A stretch of 64,000 nt of DNA from an uncultured delta proteobacterium (GCA_963727445.1 CAVSGI010000008.1:128001-192000); one strand, 5' to 3'. Positions 1-10,754 are shown, counted from the stretch's first letter. Translations and numbers: made by a program. The notes: generated by a model not told the origin, from the letters alone.

Positions 1-2107
1 TGGTGGTGCGGCCGTCGAGGCTGGACATGTCGGCGCTCGACAGGCTCACGGCGGCCCCGAAGACGACGTCGTGAAATTCGGTGGCGAGGTGTGCGGCCGG
101 GTCGATCGGCTCCGGCGGGTCCTTCGGCTCCGGCGCCTCCTCACCCTCCTCCGGCGCCGCCTCCGCGATCGCGTCCTGCTCCTCTTGCCAGGAGGCCAGC
201 GCCTCCTCGTACTGGCGGTCGAGCTCGGCCGGGTCGACCGATGCGCAGCGGATTTGCGCGCCCTGCGCCGACAGGAGACAGGCGCGCACCTGGGTGCCCT
301 CGTCGCTGACGCGCACCTCGAATCCGGCCTCGTCGTCGAAGCGCGGCGAGCGCTCGATCATGTCGCCCACGTCGTGCGCGAGGCCCGACGAGCCGCTGAC
401 CGTCACCCGCGCCGGGATCGACAGACCCATCCGTCGGATCGCGCCGCCATCCACTGCGATGGCCTCTTCGAGATAAGCGACGCGATCGCTGTTGCGGCCC
501 TGCATCCCGGCTGCCTCGGCCGCGACCACCGACACCCGCGCCCTCAGCAGCGCCTCGCTGGGCGGCAGGGACTCGAGCGCCCGCGTCGCGTACGAATAGG
601 CCTCGTCCTCGTCGCCGCGCACGAGCGAGATCTCGGCGTCCATCGCGTCGTAGTACGACTCGAGTGGTGAGCCCGCCTCGACCGCGCGCGCGAGACGCAC
701 GCCCACCGCCGCCACGCCAGGACCCACCACCTCGATCAGATCCCCGAGCAGCCACGGCGGCACGGGCTCGAGGCCGCCGTTGACGTACATGCGGAAGGTG
801 TGGAGGAGACGCCGGTCGTCCGCGAGGGCGCTGCGGATGCGCTCCTCGTCGCGGGTGAGCGCGAAGGAGTCGGCCCAGCGACCGGGTGCACCGGCCACGT
901 GGGACAGGATGCCGTCGAAGGCGGCGCGCTCCGAGTCTCGCTCGATCTGGGTGCGCACCACCGCGCGCCTGAGCAGCGCGTGCGCGCCCTCGGCCTGCTC
1001 GGCGTCGGAGCTCGTGAGACCGCGCCGGTCGGGCTGGTCGATGGCGCGGTCGACCGCGCCGAGCGCCACATCCGTCTCGCCCGCCACCAACATGACGGTC
1101 GCGAAGACCACGTCGGTCTCCGCCCGATCCTGATCGCGCAGATACGCGGGCTGCCGACGACGCCAGCGCTGCATCTCACGCAGGGCACCCGCGGCGTCGG
1201 TCATGCGGTTCTGATCGAGATACTGGCGCGCCAGGAGGCGCCAGGGGTTCGCCGGCGTGAACTCGAGGCGACGCGCCCCTTCGAGCGCGAGCGCCTCGGC
1301 TTGATCGAAGTCCAGCGTAGAGCGCGCTGCCTGCGCGGCGTTGAAAGCGTGCACCGTGAGCGCACCCTCGTCCTCGGTCCCACGCCGCTCCCGCGCATTT
1401 TCGAGGGCGGCGAGGCACGCCTCGAGCCACTCGTTGCGGAGCCCCGCCTCCCCCTCGACCGCGCAGAGCGCGTTCAGCCCGGCCGAGCGCATCCACGGAT
1501 CGCGACGCGCCTTGGTCGCGCGCACCGCGAAGTCTCGCGCTTCGTCGTAGCGACCGAGCCCCATCAGAGGCCAGGCGTGCTCGGCGAGCAGATCCGGGTC
1601 GTAGAGGTAGTCGTGATAGCCCTGGATCTCGAGCTGGTAGTCGTAGAGCTCCATCTCCCCGGCGAGGCCCTGCACCTGGTAGAGGATGTCGCGGTGGAGC
1701 TCCCAGGGTGCGCCCTCGGGTCGCGCCGACGCCGGCCAGGTGGTCTCGTAGAGCTCGCGCGCCCGCCCGAGGTGATACATGGCGCGCGCCAGCGAGCCCT
1801 CGGCCTCGCGCAACACGACGCCGAGGACGTAGTGGCCGACCAGGCTGTCGGGATCGTCCTCGAGCGCCTCCTCGGCTTTGGTCCGCGCGCCGATGAGCTG
1901 CTCCTCGGAGTAGAGTCGGAGCGCCTCCACCTCGGTCTCGGTCCGCGCCGCCGAGGCGGCTCCGTTCTGCTGCGCCCGCGCGTGCTCCCACACCGTCAGC
2001 GTCAGCGAAATCACCGCGGCCGCGAGCACGAGCGCGAACGCCTTGCGCGAACGCTTCGCCATCACGAAGCGTCGAACACGACCGAGACTGTGCAGAGCGC
2101 GAGTCAT
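1..2107 (-). CDS. Large exported/membrane-anchored TPR-like helical protein (3' end runs off the window start)
   Basis: My translation from ATG 2107 (alternative ATG 2062) reads MTRALHSLGRVRRFVMAKRSRKAFALVLAAAVISLTLTVWEHARAQ, a signal-like segment, followed by TPR-like helices (ARTKAEEALEDDPDSLVGHYVLG). The frame stays open to position 1, so it is missing from the ORF track. It starts 6 bp after the moxR stop. Confidence 0.75.
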   Translation of the reverse strand, partial: MTRALHSLGRVRRFVMAKRSRKAFALVLAAAVISLTLTVWEHARAQQNGAASAARTETEVEALRLYSEEQLIGARTKAEEALEDDPDSLVGHYVLGVVLREAEGSLARAMYHLGRARELYETTWPASARPEGAPWELHRDILYQVQGLAGEMELYDYQLEIQGYHDYLYDPDLLAEHAWPLMGLGRYDEARDFAVRATKARRDPWMRSAGLNALCAVEGEAGLRNEWLEACLAALENARERRGTEDEGALTVHAFNAAQAARSTLDFDQAEALALEGARRLEFTPANPWRLLARQYLDQNRMTDAAGALREMQRWRRRQPAYLRDQDRAETDVVFATVMLVAGETDVALGAVDRAIDQPDRRGLTSSDAEQAEGAHALLRRAVVRTQIERDSERAAFDGILSHVAGAPGRWADSFALTRDEERIRSALADDRRLLHTFRMYVNGGLEPVPPWLLGDLIEVVGPGVAAVGVRLARAVEAGSPLESYYDAMDAEISLVRGDEDEAYSYATRALESLPPSEALLRARVSVVAAEAAGMQGRNSDRVAYLEEAIAVDGGAIRRMGLSIPARVTVSGSSGLAHDVGDMIERSPRFDDEAGFEVRVSDEGTQVRACLLSAQGAQIRCASVDPAELDRQYEEALASWQEEQDAIAEAAPEEGEEAPEPKDPPEPIDPAAHLATEFHDVVFGAAVSLSSADMSSLDGRTT

Positions 2108-2113
2108 CGAAGC

Positions 2114-3151
2114 CTATCTCTGCATGGTGGCGCGGGAGAGCCGCTCGAGAGGCTCCGCCATGCACTCCTGTACCACGGTGTCGAGCGGATCCGAGCCGGG
2201 AGCCAGCTCGAGACGGTGGCCGAAGACGTAGGTGCCGAGGACGTGGATGTCCTCCGCGTTGATGTGATCGCGCACCTGGCTCAAGGCACGTGCCTGAAGC
2301 GCCGGGATCATGAGCACCAGCGCGCGCGTCGACACCCCCTGGAGCACGCGGGGGTCCGAGCGCGTCTTGTTGGCGATATCCACCAGGCACTCGCGGATCG
2401 CGGGATCGACGTAGATGGCGTTTTCCACCACCGCCCGGGCGTCGAGGATCTCGGTGCGGGTGACGCGCGCCAGATCCGCACCGACGCCGTGGCGTCGCTG
2501 CTTGAGGCTGGCGAGCACCTCGAGCTCCGCCTCGCGCGAGATGTGCTTCATCCGGATCTTGAAGAGGAAGCGGTCGAGCTGCGCGCTGGGCAGCGGGAAG
2601 GTACCCGAGAGATCGAGCGGGTTCTGGGTCGCGATGACGAAGAAGAGCGGGTCGAGCGCCCGGGTCCGGTTGTCGACCGTGACCTGCTTCTCACCCATCG
2701 CCTCGAGGAGCGCCGACTGTACCTTCGGCGACGTCCGGTTGATCTCGTCGGCGAGCACGACGTGCGCGAAGACGGGACCCGGCCGAAAGAAGAAGCGGTT
2801 GGTGTTGGGGTCGAAGATCGTCGTGCCCGTGACGTCCGCGGGCAAGAGATCCGGCGTGAACTGGATGCGGCGGATGGTGACGATGTCGTCGTCCGGCAGG
2901 TCGTCGATGATGGAGTCGCCGAGGGCCTTGGCCAGCGTCGTCTTGCCCGAGCCGGGGTAGTCCTCGAGGAGCACGTGGCCATCGGCGAGGATCGCGTTGA
3001 TCACCAACTCGATCACCTCGTCCCGGCCGCGCACGGCCGCCCGCAGCCGGTCTCGAATGCGGGTGACCACGCCGTAGGCCCCGTTGAGATCGTTGATCCG
3101 AGGGGCGGGCTCGTAGGTGATGTGCTCACTCTGTTGGAAGTCGGTTTCCAT
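2114..3151 (-). CDS. moxR: MoxR-family AAA+ ATPase
   Basis: GHVLLEDYPGSGKT (Walker A), RIQFTPDLLPAD, LADEINR (Walker B), ATQNP, LPSAQLDRF. Confidence 0.95.
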   Translation of the reverse strand: METDFQQSEHITYEPAPRINDLNGAYGVVTRIRDRLRAAVRGRDEVIELVINAILADGHVLLEDYPGSGKTTLAKALGDSIIDDLPDDDIVTIRRIQFTPDLLPADVTGTTIFDPNTNRFFFRPGPVFAHVVLADEINRTSPKVQSALLEAMGEKQVTVDNRTRALDPLFFVIATQNPLDLSGTFPLPSAQLDRFLFKIRMKHISREAELEVLASLKQRRHGVGADLARVTRTEILDARAVVENAIYVDPAIRECLVDIANKTRSDPRVLQGVSTRALVLMIPALQARALSQVRDHINAEDIHVLGTYVFGHRLELAPGSDPLDTVVQECMAEPLERLSRATMQR

Positions 3152-3162
3152 TCTGCGCTGTC

Positions 3163-5854
3163 CTATCTGGAGTCCAGGAACGACACGGGATGCAGGACGC
3201 CGAGAAGTCGGCGCCAGAGCTTGATGGTGCTGCGGACCTCTCGCCGCACGGCCCGCCCGAGCTCACGCCAGCTCTTGCGGTCGAGCTCCTCGCGGCTTTC
3301 GGGGTCGGCGGCCGGATTGCCGAGCCGCGCCGCGACGTGGAGGTCCGTCATCTTGGCGAAGGAGGGCGCGACCTTCTCGACGCGCGCGGCGAAGGCTTCT
3401 CTCGTTTCGCCGAACTCTCGACTGAGCCCGACCTCCGCCAATCGGTCGAGGTACGCGCGATAGGCCACACGCGGCAGGCCCTTGTTCGAAGCGAAGAGCG
3501 GGGAGAGCCGCCGCCAGAATCTTGATCAGGTAGAGGATGGTGAGCGCGACGCCGAAGAGGATTAGCGCGATGACCCAGAGCGGCGCCGGCAGCTCGAAAG
3601 GCTCCTGGGGTGGCTCGTCCTGGATTTCGTCCTCGGGGTTCGCGGGATCCTCGCGCGCCATCTCGCCGAGCATGCGCTGCATGTCCTCGTCGAGAGGTTG
3701 CCCCGGATCGTCGAGGTTGCGCTCGGCGGCGATGTCGAGGACCACCCACCCGACGCCCTCGAGGTAGATCTCTGGCCAGGCGTGGGCATCGGCGCTGCGC
3801 ACCAGGATCGAGGAGCCGCCGCGCCGGTTCTCCTCCGGGACCATGTAGCCGGTGCCGACGCGCGCGGGCACACCCGCCGCGCGATAGAGGAAGACTGCGG
3901 TGTGCGCGAAGTGCACGCAGTAGCCGATGCGATTGCCGAAGAGGAAGTCGATGGTCGGGTCCTCCACGCCCGCGTGCCGCTCGCTGGTCGAGTAGATGAG
4001 CTCGCGGTCGAGGTAGAGCTTGGTGGCGAGGGCGCGCGCGAAGGGGTCGTCGGTGAGCGCGGGCGGGATGTCGGACTCGTCCAGGATCTGCGCGGAGAGC
4101 TCCGCGATGCGCGGGTCCGGGTGCTGCGTGAGGTAGAGCTCTCGCACCTCGTCGGACCACTCGGGGTCCCCCGCCGCGCGACCGATGAGCTCGCCGTAGC
4201 CGAGCTGCTGCGCCTGCGAGTCGAACTCGTAGGCGCGCACGAAGCGATCGGGGTTCGGGTTGTCGACGGGCCGGAAGGACGAGGGGGACTCGAGGGCGAA
4301 GGGGTGCTGGTGCTCCACCAGCATGGCGACGCGCCCGCGCACGCGGATCCGCGCATCCTCGGGCGGCCCGTGGACGGTGACGCGCCGCGCGGGGAAGTCC
4401 GAAAGGATGTCGTCGTTGGCCTCCGGGAGCTCCGCGGCGACGAGGCGCGAGCCGTTCCAGAGGCTCCAGGTCTCCTGACGGAAGTAATAGGACTGGGAGG
4501 GCGGCGAGTAGTCGTCATAGAGCACGACCACCGCCATCGGCGCCGGGTTCTGCGACGGGGTGTTGTCGTCCTGCTGCTGCTGCTGTTGCTGCTGCTGTTG
4601 TTGTTGCTGCTGTTGCTGCTGATTCTGGTTCTGGTTCTGGTTCTGGTTCTGCTGATTGGGCGGCACCCAGGCGTCCGGCATCATCGCGTCGAAGGCGCCC
4701 CCACCCGAGTCGCCGGCGTCGCTCGCGCTGCCTCCATCGAGACCGCTGTCCTCGGCCCCGCTGCTGCCGCCATCGGCGCCCGCGTCCGCACCGCCGCTCG
4801 CGCCCCCGTCGGCGCCCGCGTCCGCGCCGCCGCTCGCGCCGCCGTCCGCGCCCGCGTCCGCGCCGCCGCTCACGCCGCCGTCCGCGCCCGCGTCCGCGCC
4901 GCCGCTCACGCCGCCATCGACGCCCGCGTCCGCGCCGCCGCTCGCGCCGCCATCGCCCGCATCGGCGGCGCCGCCGCCCGCGTCGGCGCCCCCGTCGCCC
5001 TGGCCGCCCGCGCCCCCGTCGCGCCCTTCTTCTGGCCGTCCCCCGTCGGCGCCCCCGTCGTGATCCTGACTGCCGTTCGGGTTGTCCGGCGTCTCGTTCG
5101 GCGGCTCGCCCTGCTCTTCGGTGGTGAGGCCGAGCCCGTCTTCGGCCTGTGGCTGCGGCCGGCCCACGACGTCGAGACAGGCCACGGCGAGGAGCGCCAG
5201 GAGCGGCAAGCTCACAAGCGTGGACACCGTGCGCCCGCTCCTGATCTCGAGCACGAGGAGCACCGCGAGGATCACGGCGGCGGCGGCGCCGAGGCTCAGG
5301 AAGATGGTCGCGGGGTCGATCCCCTTTTGCCACGCCCAGTCGCTGATCCACAGGGGGCGCGCGATCACCCCGTCGCGGTGCGCGGCCAGGAGCGCGGCGA
5401 CCGCGACCACCACGGCGCCGAGCTCGACCCCCATCGCCGTCGGGTAGCGGGAGCCGGAGACGCGCAGCGCGCCCACCAGGGCGAACGTCCCGAAGCCCCA
5501 TCTGAGCACCGCGCTCGCGCTGAGCGCGTTCGCCGGCCCCAGCATCCCGGCGAGGGCCTCGGTGCCGGTGGTCGTCCATGCGAGGAGGAAGGCGAAGAGC
5601 CCCACGCCCACGAACGCGCCGATGGCGGCCACGAGCCGCATCCGCGAGCGGCCCAGGAGCTCGCCGAAGATCACGCCCGCGAGGGCGCCGAGGATGGCGG
5701 CCAGGACGCCGCCACTGGTGGTGACGCCCGCGGCGACCGCGGTCGCGGCCAGCGCCATGGCGATCGCGCGGAGCGGATGACGGCCGACCCGAATCAGTCG
5801 GCCGAAGATGCCGTCGTCCGGATAGCGGACTTCCTCTTCGGGGCGACGCTTCAT
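3163..5854 (-). CDS. Multi-pass membrane transglutaminase-like (TgpA-type) protein; +1 frameshift near 3519
   Basis: N-terminal TM helices and a catalytic triad GYCVHFA / AHAWPE / LDIA. The C-terminus continues in ORF 3163..3468 when GAATC at 3517-3521 is read as GATC (LIKIWRRLSPLF...). Confidence 0.85.
4560..5060 (-). repeat. Coding low-complexity repeats: about five 36-bp units encoding GGADAGADGG(A/V/S)S, then an (NQ)n and poly-Q tract
   Basis: Tandem GCCCGCGTCCGCGCCGCCGCTC-containing units at about 4770-4950; (TTCTGG)n and (CTG/TTG)n at about 4571-4655. Confidence 0.9.
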
Positions 5855-7161
5855 CGCGCCCCCATCGCCGTCTGGTGGGCCGCCGAGAAGACCTGTCCCG
5901 CCATCCGGTCGAGGACGATCACCCGAACGCGCCCGCCCCCGAGCCGGCGCACCACCTCCTGCACTTCTTCGGAGCGGGCGGGACCGACGCCGGCCTCGGG
6001 GCCTGGCGGTGGCTTCGGGGAAAAGAGCATGCGCCGAACGCGCCCGGCGCCGCCCTTCGAGCGATCCACCCCGTCGGTGCACACCACGATCTCCACGTCA
6101 CCGACGTTCATCTTCCCGAGTGAGGCCTTCACGCGATCGATCCACGGCCCGGGCCGACCCGGGACGAAGACAAGCGCGCGCCCCATGCCGCCGGGGGTCG
6201 CGGTCTGCAGGAAGTCGGCGAGGCCGGTGCCGCCGACAGGTTCCGGAGCGTCGCCCGAGCGCGACAAGAGCTCGTGAGCGGAGCGCAGATCCTCCGCGTA
6301 GCCGTCGCATCCGTCGGCCCCCAGCACCCAATCACCCCCGAGCGCCCCGGCGTCCACCGCGACCCGCGCCGCCCCCGCCGCCGGCTCGTCGTCCGGAGCC
6401 GTGACCACGTAGGCGACCGTCTGTCGACTGGGACCGATGGCGCGTTCGGGCGTGCGGATCACCACCTCGCGCGAGCGCGCGAAGACCTTCCACAGGATGA
6501 AGCGGATGGGATCGCCCGCGACGTAGTGACGCATGTCCGCGCGCTCGCCGCCGGCCGGCCCGTCCGGATGGCTGATCTGGTCACCGGCGGCGAGCGACTG
6601 GAGCACCCGCATCTGCTTGAGCCGCCCGGTCGTCGGCAGGAAGCGCAGCGTGCGCTGCTCCACCCGTTCGAAGGAGATGCGCGTGAAGCCGAAGGTGTCT
6701 CCCACTTCGAAGCGGCGACGGATCTCCTCGGCGAGCGTCCGCTTCACCGGGATGACCTCTTCGTGGATCTTCAGCCCACGCCGCGTGAGCTTCACGCGGG
6801 CGCGCGGTGAGGTCCACGCCCAGCCCACCCGCAGGAACGGGACGAACCAGGGGGCGCCGAGAACGAAGCCGGTGCGTCGCGGAAATCCGACCTCGAGGCT
6901 CAGCGTGTCCCCTGCGCTCCGCTTGCGCAGCCTCAGGGACAGGACGATGGCCCCGGCGATCGTGAGCACGAGCGACACCGCGACCAGACCGACGGAGACG
7001 AGGCCCACGACCAACAGGACGAGATCGATCCGTCCGTAGCCGTAGTAGAAGAGCGCGAGAGAGCCGAGGGCCGCCACCAGCACGCCGAGCGGCGTCAGCG
7101 GGAAGAGATCCCGGATGAGGCGGAGCCACGGCAGCACCTTGTCGCGGAGTCGTCTCATCAC
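5851..7161 (-). CDS. DUF58-domain membrane protein (MoxR-associated)
   Basis: MRHYVAGDPIRFILWKVFAR matches the DUF58 R.Y..GD....I.WK..AR motif. It has two N-terminal TM helices and overlaps the next gene by 4 bp. Confidence 0.9.
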   Translation of the reverse strand: MMRRLRDKVLPWLRLIRDLFPLTPLGVLVAALGSLALFYYGYGRIDLVLLVVGLVSVGLVAVSLVLTIAGAIVLSLRLRKRSAGDTLSLEVGFPRRTGFVLGAPWFVPFLRVGWAWTSPRARVKLTRRGLKIHEEVIPVKRTLAEEIRRRFEVGDTFGFTRISFERVEQRTLRFLPTTGRLKQMRVLQSLAAGDQISHPDGPAGGERADMRHYVAGDPIRFILWKVFARSREVVIRTPERAIGPSRQTVAYVVTAPDDEPAAGAARVAVDAGALGGDWVLGADGCDGYAEDLRSAHELLSRSGDAPEPVGGTGLADFLQTATPGGMGRALVFVPGRPGPWIDRVKASLGKMNVGDVEIVVCTDGVDRSKGGAGRVRRMLFSPKPPPGPEAGVGPARSEEVQEVVRRLGGGRVRVIVLDRMAGQVFSAAHQTAMGAR

Positions 7162-7165
7162 CGGC

Positions 7166-7816
7166 TCAGAAGAGGGAACAGCCCCGGTGGGTGTCTGGAT
7201 AGAACGGCGGCGGCGTGCTCACCACGTGCGGCGACGGCGGCGCGTCGAGGCAGCGCACACGACGGAAGACCGTGGGATCGTCGACCGCGCGACCACCATC
7301 GTTGTTGACGGACTGGAACTCGAAGATCTCCGGGTCCACCACGCCGGAGAAGTTGTCGAGGTTGTAGCCACCCGGCCCCCAGTTGCAGATCACCTGGTCC
7401 AGTCTCCACTGGCCCACACCGCCGAAGAAGATCCGGCCGTCGGGCGAGATGGTTCCCCGCGCGTCCATCGACACGATCCACTCGCCGCGGCCCGCGCTGC
7501 AGGGCTGCGGCTCCTCGTCCTGGGGGCCCGCATCCCAGCTGTGATTGATGATCGTGCCGACGAGCTCGGAGTCGTTGTCCTCGCTACGGCGGATGTTGAG
7601 CATGAAGATGGTCCAGTCGCCGTAACGCTCGTCGTACTGGTGACTCTTCCACACGCCACTGATCGGGTCCTCGCAACCCTCCGCCGGCGGCGGCAGGCGG
7701 TCGCGCTGTTCCTGGATCGTGGCCGGCGCGCGCGCAGGCACGAAGACGATGGCGAGGAAGCCTCCCGCCACGATCACCCATAGAACAAAGCGCCTTCGCT
7801 TCTGTTTCGCCCCCAC
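7166..7816 (-). CDS. Hypothetical exported protein with several Cys
   Basis: Signal-like RRRFVLWVIVAGGFLAIVFVPARAPA, then a globular domain. GTG start at 7816 is inferred. Confidence 0.7.
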   Translation of the reverse strand: MGAKQKRRRFVLWVIVAGGFLAIVFVPARAPATIQEQRDRLPPPAEGCEDPISGVWKSHQYDERYGDWTIFMLNIRRSEDNDSELVGTIINHSWDAGPQDEEPQPCSAGRGEWIVSMDARGTISPDGRIFFGGVGQWRLDQVICNWGPGGYNLDNFSGVVDPEIFEFQSVNNDGGRAVDDPTVFRRVRCLDAPPSPHVVSTPPPFYPDTHRGCSLF

Positions 7817-7841
7817 GCGCCTCCGAAACGGGCCGCCCCGA

Positions 7842-8279
7842 TCACTCCCCGATGAAGAACTGAGCCACGATGGCCACGACGATGAGCCCGAGAATGACGG
7901 CCACGAAGTAGAGCCCTCCGGACTCCGAGACGTTCTCTCCGTCGGGGCTCGGAATGTTGGCGTCGACCACCACCGGGTCTCCCCCACGCCGCTGCTTGCG
8001 CCGGCCGCGCCCCTTGGGCGCCTTCTTCGGCTTCTTGTCGGAAGACTCGGCTGGCGCAGCCGCCGCCTCCTCCTCCTCGTCGTCCTCGGCCGGCTCCTCG
8101 GAGGACTCCTCCGGCGCTTCGTCGTCGCCGCCGCTCTCGTCGTCCTCGGACGACGCGTCCTCGTCCTCGTCCTCGTCCTGGGCCTCGGCCTCCTCGCCGC
8201 GAGGCGCCTTGCTCTCCGCGACCGCCGCGGCCGAGCGCTTGTGACCCTTCTTCTTGGATCTCGATTTCTTCTTGGCCAT
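7842..8279 (-). CDS. Small hypothetical protein with a basic N-terminus, acidic tract and C-terminal TM helix
   Basis: MAKKKSRSKKKGHKRS...EDEDEDED...GLYFVAVILGLIVVAIVAQFFIGE. Confidence 0.7.
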   Translation of the reverse strand: MAKKKSRSKKKGHKRSAAAVAESKAPRGEEAEAQDEDEDEDASSEDDESGGDDEAPEESSEEPAEDDEEEEAAAAPAESSDKKPKKAPKGRGRRKQRRGGDPVVVDANIPSPDGENVSESGGLYFVAVILGLIVVAIVAQFFIGE

Positions 8280-8389
8280 TTCCGAAGCGATCCATACCAC
8301 GGAGCGGGGGCCACCGGGGTTCGTACGCGCCTGTTTTCGCGCGATCATCCGCTCGAAATCCCACGGCAGGAGGACTAGTCTCCCGCGCC

Positions 8390-8785
8390 ATGGTCGAGAT
8401 TCTGAACCCGGAAACACTGGCTCCCCCGCGGGGGTACAGCAACGGCGTGGCGCTGGGCCCTGGCCGCATTCTCTTCGTGGCGGGCCAGATCGGCTGGGAT
8501 CGCCGAGGAAAGCTGGTCTCGAGCGAGCTGACGGCTCAGTTTCGTCAGGCGCTTCGCAACGTGGTGGACGTGGTCGAAGCCGGCGGCGGTCGGCCCGAGG
8601 ACATCGGACGGCTCACGATCTACGTGACGGACAAGCAGCGCTACATCGCCGAGGGGAAGTCCATCGGCAACGAGTACCGGACGATCATGGGGAAGCACTT
8701 CCCCGCGATGGCCCTGGTTCAGGTCGCCGACCTCCTCGAGGAAGGCGCGCTCGTAGAGATCGAAGCCACGGCGGTGCTGACGTGA
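8390..8785 (+). CDS. Rid (YjgF/YER057c/UK114) family protein
   Basis: PRGYSNG, LFVAGQIG, FPAMALVQV, LVEIEATA. Confidence 0.9.
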   Translation: MVEILNPETLAPPRGYSNGVALGPGRILFVAGQIGWDRRGKLVSSELTAQFRQALRNVVDVVEAGGGRPEDIGRLTIYVTDKQRYIAEGKSIGNEYRTIMGKHFPAMALVQVADLLEEGALVEIEATAVLT

Positions 8786-9579
8786 CCCTCTCTCCCAAGA
8801 CCTTCCGGTACGAAGTCGATGGTGGCGTCGCCACCATCACCCTCGATCGACCCGAGCGCATCAACGCGCTCACCTTCGACATCTACGGCGAGCTGCGGGA
8901 CACCTTCATCGCGCTCCACGACGAGCGCGAAGTCCGCGCCGTCGTGCTCCGTGGCGAAGGACCGCGCGGCTTCTGCTCGGGCGGCGACGTCGAGGACATC
9001 ATCGGCGCGCTCTTCGAGCGCGACATGCGGGGACTCCTCGAGTTCACGCGGATGACCGGCGCTCTGGTTCACGCCATCCGCACCACCCGTCCGCCGGTGG
9101 TCGCCGCGCTCCACAACGTCGTCTGTGGCGCCGGCGCGGTGATCGCGCTCGCCTGCGACATTCGCATCGGCTCTCCCAGCACCCGCATCGCCTACCTCTT
9201 CCCAAAGGTGGGCCTGTCGGGCGCCGACATGGGCGCTGCGTATCTGCTGCCCCGGATCGTCGGCCTGGGCCGCGCCACCGAGCTCCTGCTCAGCGGCGAC
9301 TTCGTCGACGCCGAGCGGGCGGAGCGCATGGGGCTCTTGAACCAGATCGTCGACGAAGAGGATCTACGCGGCGAGGCCCTGGCCTACGCCAAGCGCCTCG
9401 CTGACGGCCCGGCCTTCGCCCACGCGATGACGAAGAAGATGCTCGAATACGAGGGCAACCTGGACTTCACGGCCGCGATCGAGGCCGAGGCACAGGCACA
9501 GGCGATCTGCATGCAGCACCCCGACTTCCGCGAAGCGTACGAGGCCTGGAAGGAAAAGCGGGCGCCGAGGTTCGAGTGA
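8782..9579 (+). CDS. Enoyl-CoA hydratase/isomerase family protein
   Basis: ATITLDRPERINAL, FCSGGDV, GAGAVIALACDIR, LLPRIVGLGRATELL. The GTG start overlaps the Rid stop (GTGA). Confidence 0.92.
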   Translation: MTLSPKTFRYEVDGGVATITLDRPERINALTFDIYGELRDTFIALHDEREVRAVVLRGEGPRGFCSGGDVEDIIGALFERDMRGLLEFTRMTGALVHAIRTTRPPVVAALHNVVCGAGAVIALACDIRIGSPSTRIAYLFPKVGLSGADMGAAYLLPRIVGLGRATELLLSGDFVDAERAERMGLLNQIVDEEDLRGEALAYAKRLADGPAFAHAMTKKMLEYEGNLDFTAAIEAEAQAQAICMQHPDFREAYEAWKEKRAPRFE

Positions 9580-10754
9580 AGCTCTCCTCGGACGTGATCG
9601 AGCGCGCCTTCGTTCCGGCCGACGCCGTCGAAGCCGCCTGGGACGCCGCCGATGCCCTGTCAGAGGAGGCGGCGACCATCGAAGAAGGCGCGCGTGGTCC
9701 GTCGGAGGGCCTCCGCGCGCTGGTCGCGAAGTTCGGCGAGGCCGGTCTCCTCGGTCTCGTGGCCAGGCGCGCCGACGGCGGCACCTTCGACGAGGTCCGC
9801 TCGGTCGCGCTCTGCCTCGCCCGCGAGCGCCTGGGCTTTGCGTCGCCTCTCGCCGACCTCGCCTTCACGATGCAGGGTCTCGGCAGCTCGCCCATCACCC
9901 TGCTCGGGAGCGCGGAGCAGCGCGCGCGGTTTCTTCCTGGCGTGGTTCGCGGAAGCGACGTGGCCGCGCTCGCCCTCACCGAGCCCGAAGCGGGGAGCGA
10001 CCTCGGGAACATCCAGACCACCGCGTCGCGTGACGGCGACGCCTACGTCCTCGACGGCGAGAAGGTCTGGATTTCGAACGCGCCCATCGCCGACGTGATC
10101 ACGGTGCTGGCCGCCACCGCGCCGCCCGGCCAGAAGCGCCGCTTCAGCGCCTTCGTGGTGCGCGGTGACGCAGAGGGCCTCGAGAAGGAAGCGCAGCACG
10201 TGCTGGGGGGCCACCCCATCGGGCGCCTGCGATTTCGCGGCGTCCGCGTGAACGCCGCCGACCGGCTGGGCGAAGAGGGCGACGGAATGCGCGCCGCCCT
10301 CGGCACGCTGCACCGCTTTCGAACCACCGTCGGCGCCGCCGCCGTGGGCTTCGCCGCGCGCGCCCTCGCCGAGAGCGTCGCCCACGTGAAGCGCCGGGTG
10401 CAGTTCGGCGCGCCCCTCGCAGCGCTGCAAGCCGTCCAGATGCGCCTCGCGGACATGGCTTGCGACGTGGACGCGAGCCGGCTCCTGGTCTATCGGGCCG
10501 CCGCCCTCGCCGACGCCGCGGCCGCTCGTGACGCGGTCTCGCGCGCCGGCAGCATGGCCAAGCTGGTGGCGACCGAATCGGCGCAGCGGGTCATCGATCA
10601 CGCGGTCCAGCTTCACGGCGGACGCGGCGTCGACGCCACGTCGGTCGTCGGCCGCCTGTACCAGGAGGTTCGCGCGCTCCGCATCTACGAAGGGACCACC
10701 GACGTCCAGAAGATGCTCGTCGCGCGTGCGCTCCTCGGGTCCGGGGACACGTGA
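9576..10754 (+). CDS. Acyl-CoA dehydrogenase family protein
   Basis: ALALTEPEAGSD, GEKVWISNA, RVQFG, QLHGGRG, IYEGTTDVQK. Confidence 0.95.
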   Translation: MKLSSDVIERAFVPADAVEAAWDAADALSEEAATIEEGARGPSEGLRALVAKFGEAGLLGLVARRADGGTFDEVRSVALCLARERLGFASPLADLAFTMQGLGSSPITLLGSAEQRARFLPGVVRGSDVAALALTEPEAGSDLGNIQTTASRDGDAYVLDGEKVWISNAPIADVITVLAATAPPGQKRRFSAFVVRGDAEGLEKEAQHVLGGHPIGRLRFRGVRVNAADRLGEEGDGMRAALGTLHRFRTTVGAAAVGFAARALAESVAHVKRRVQFGAPLAALQAVQMRLADMACDVDASRLLVYRAAALADAAAARDAVSRAGSMAKLVATESAQRVIDHAVQLHGGRGVDATSVVGRLYQEVRALRIYEGTTDVQKMLVARALLGSGDT

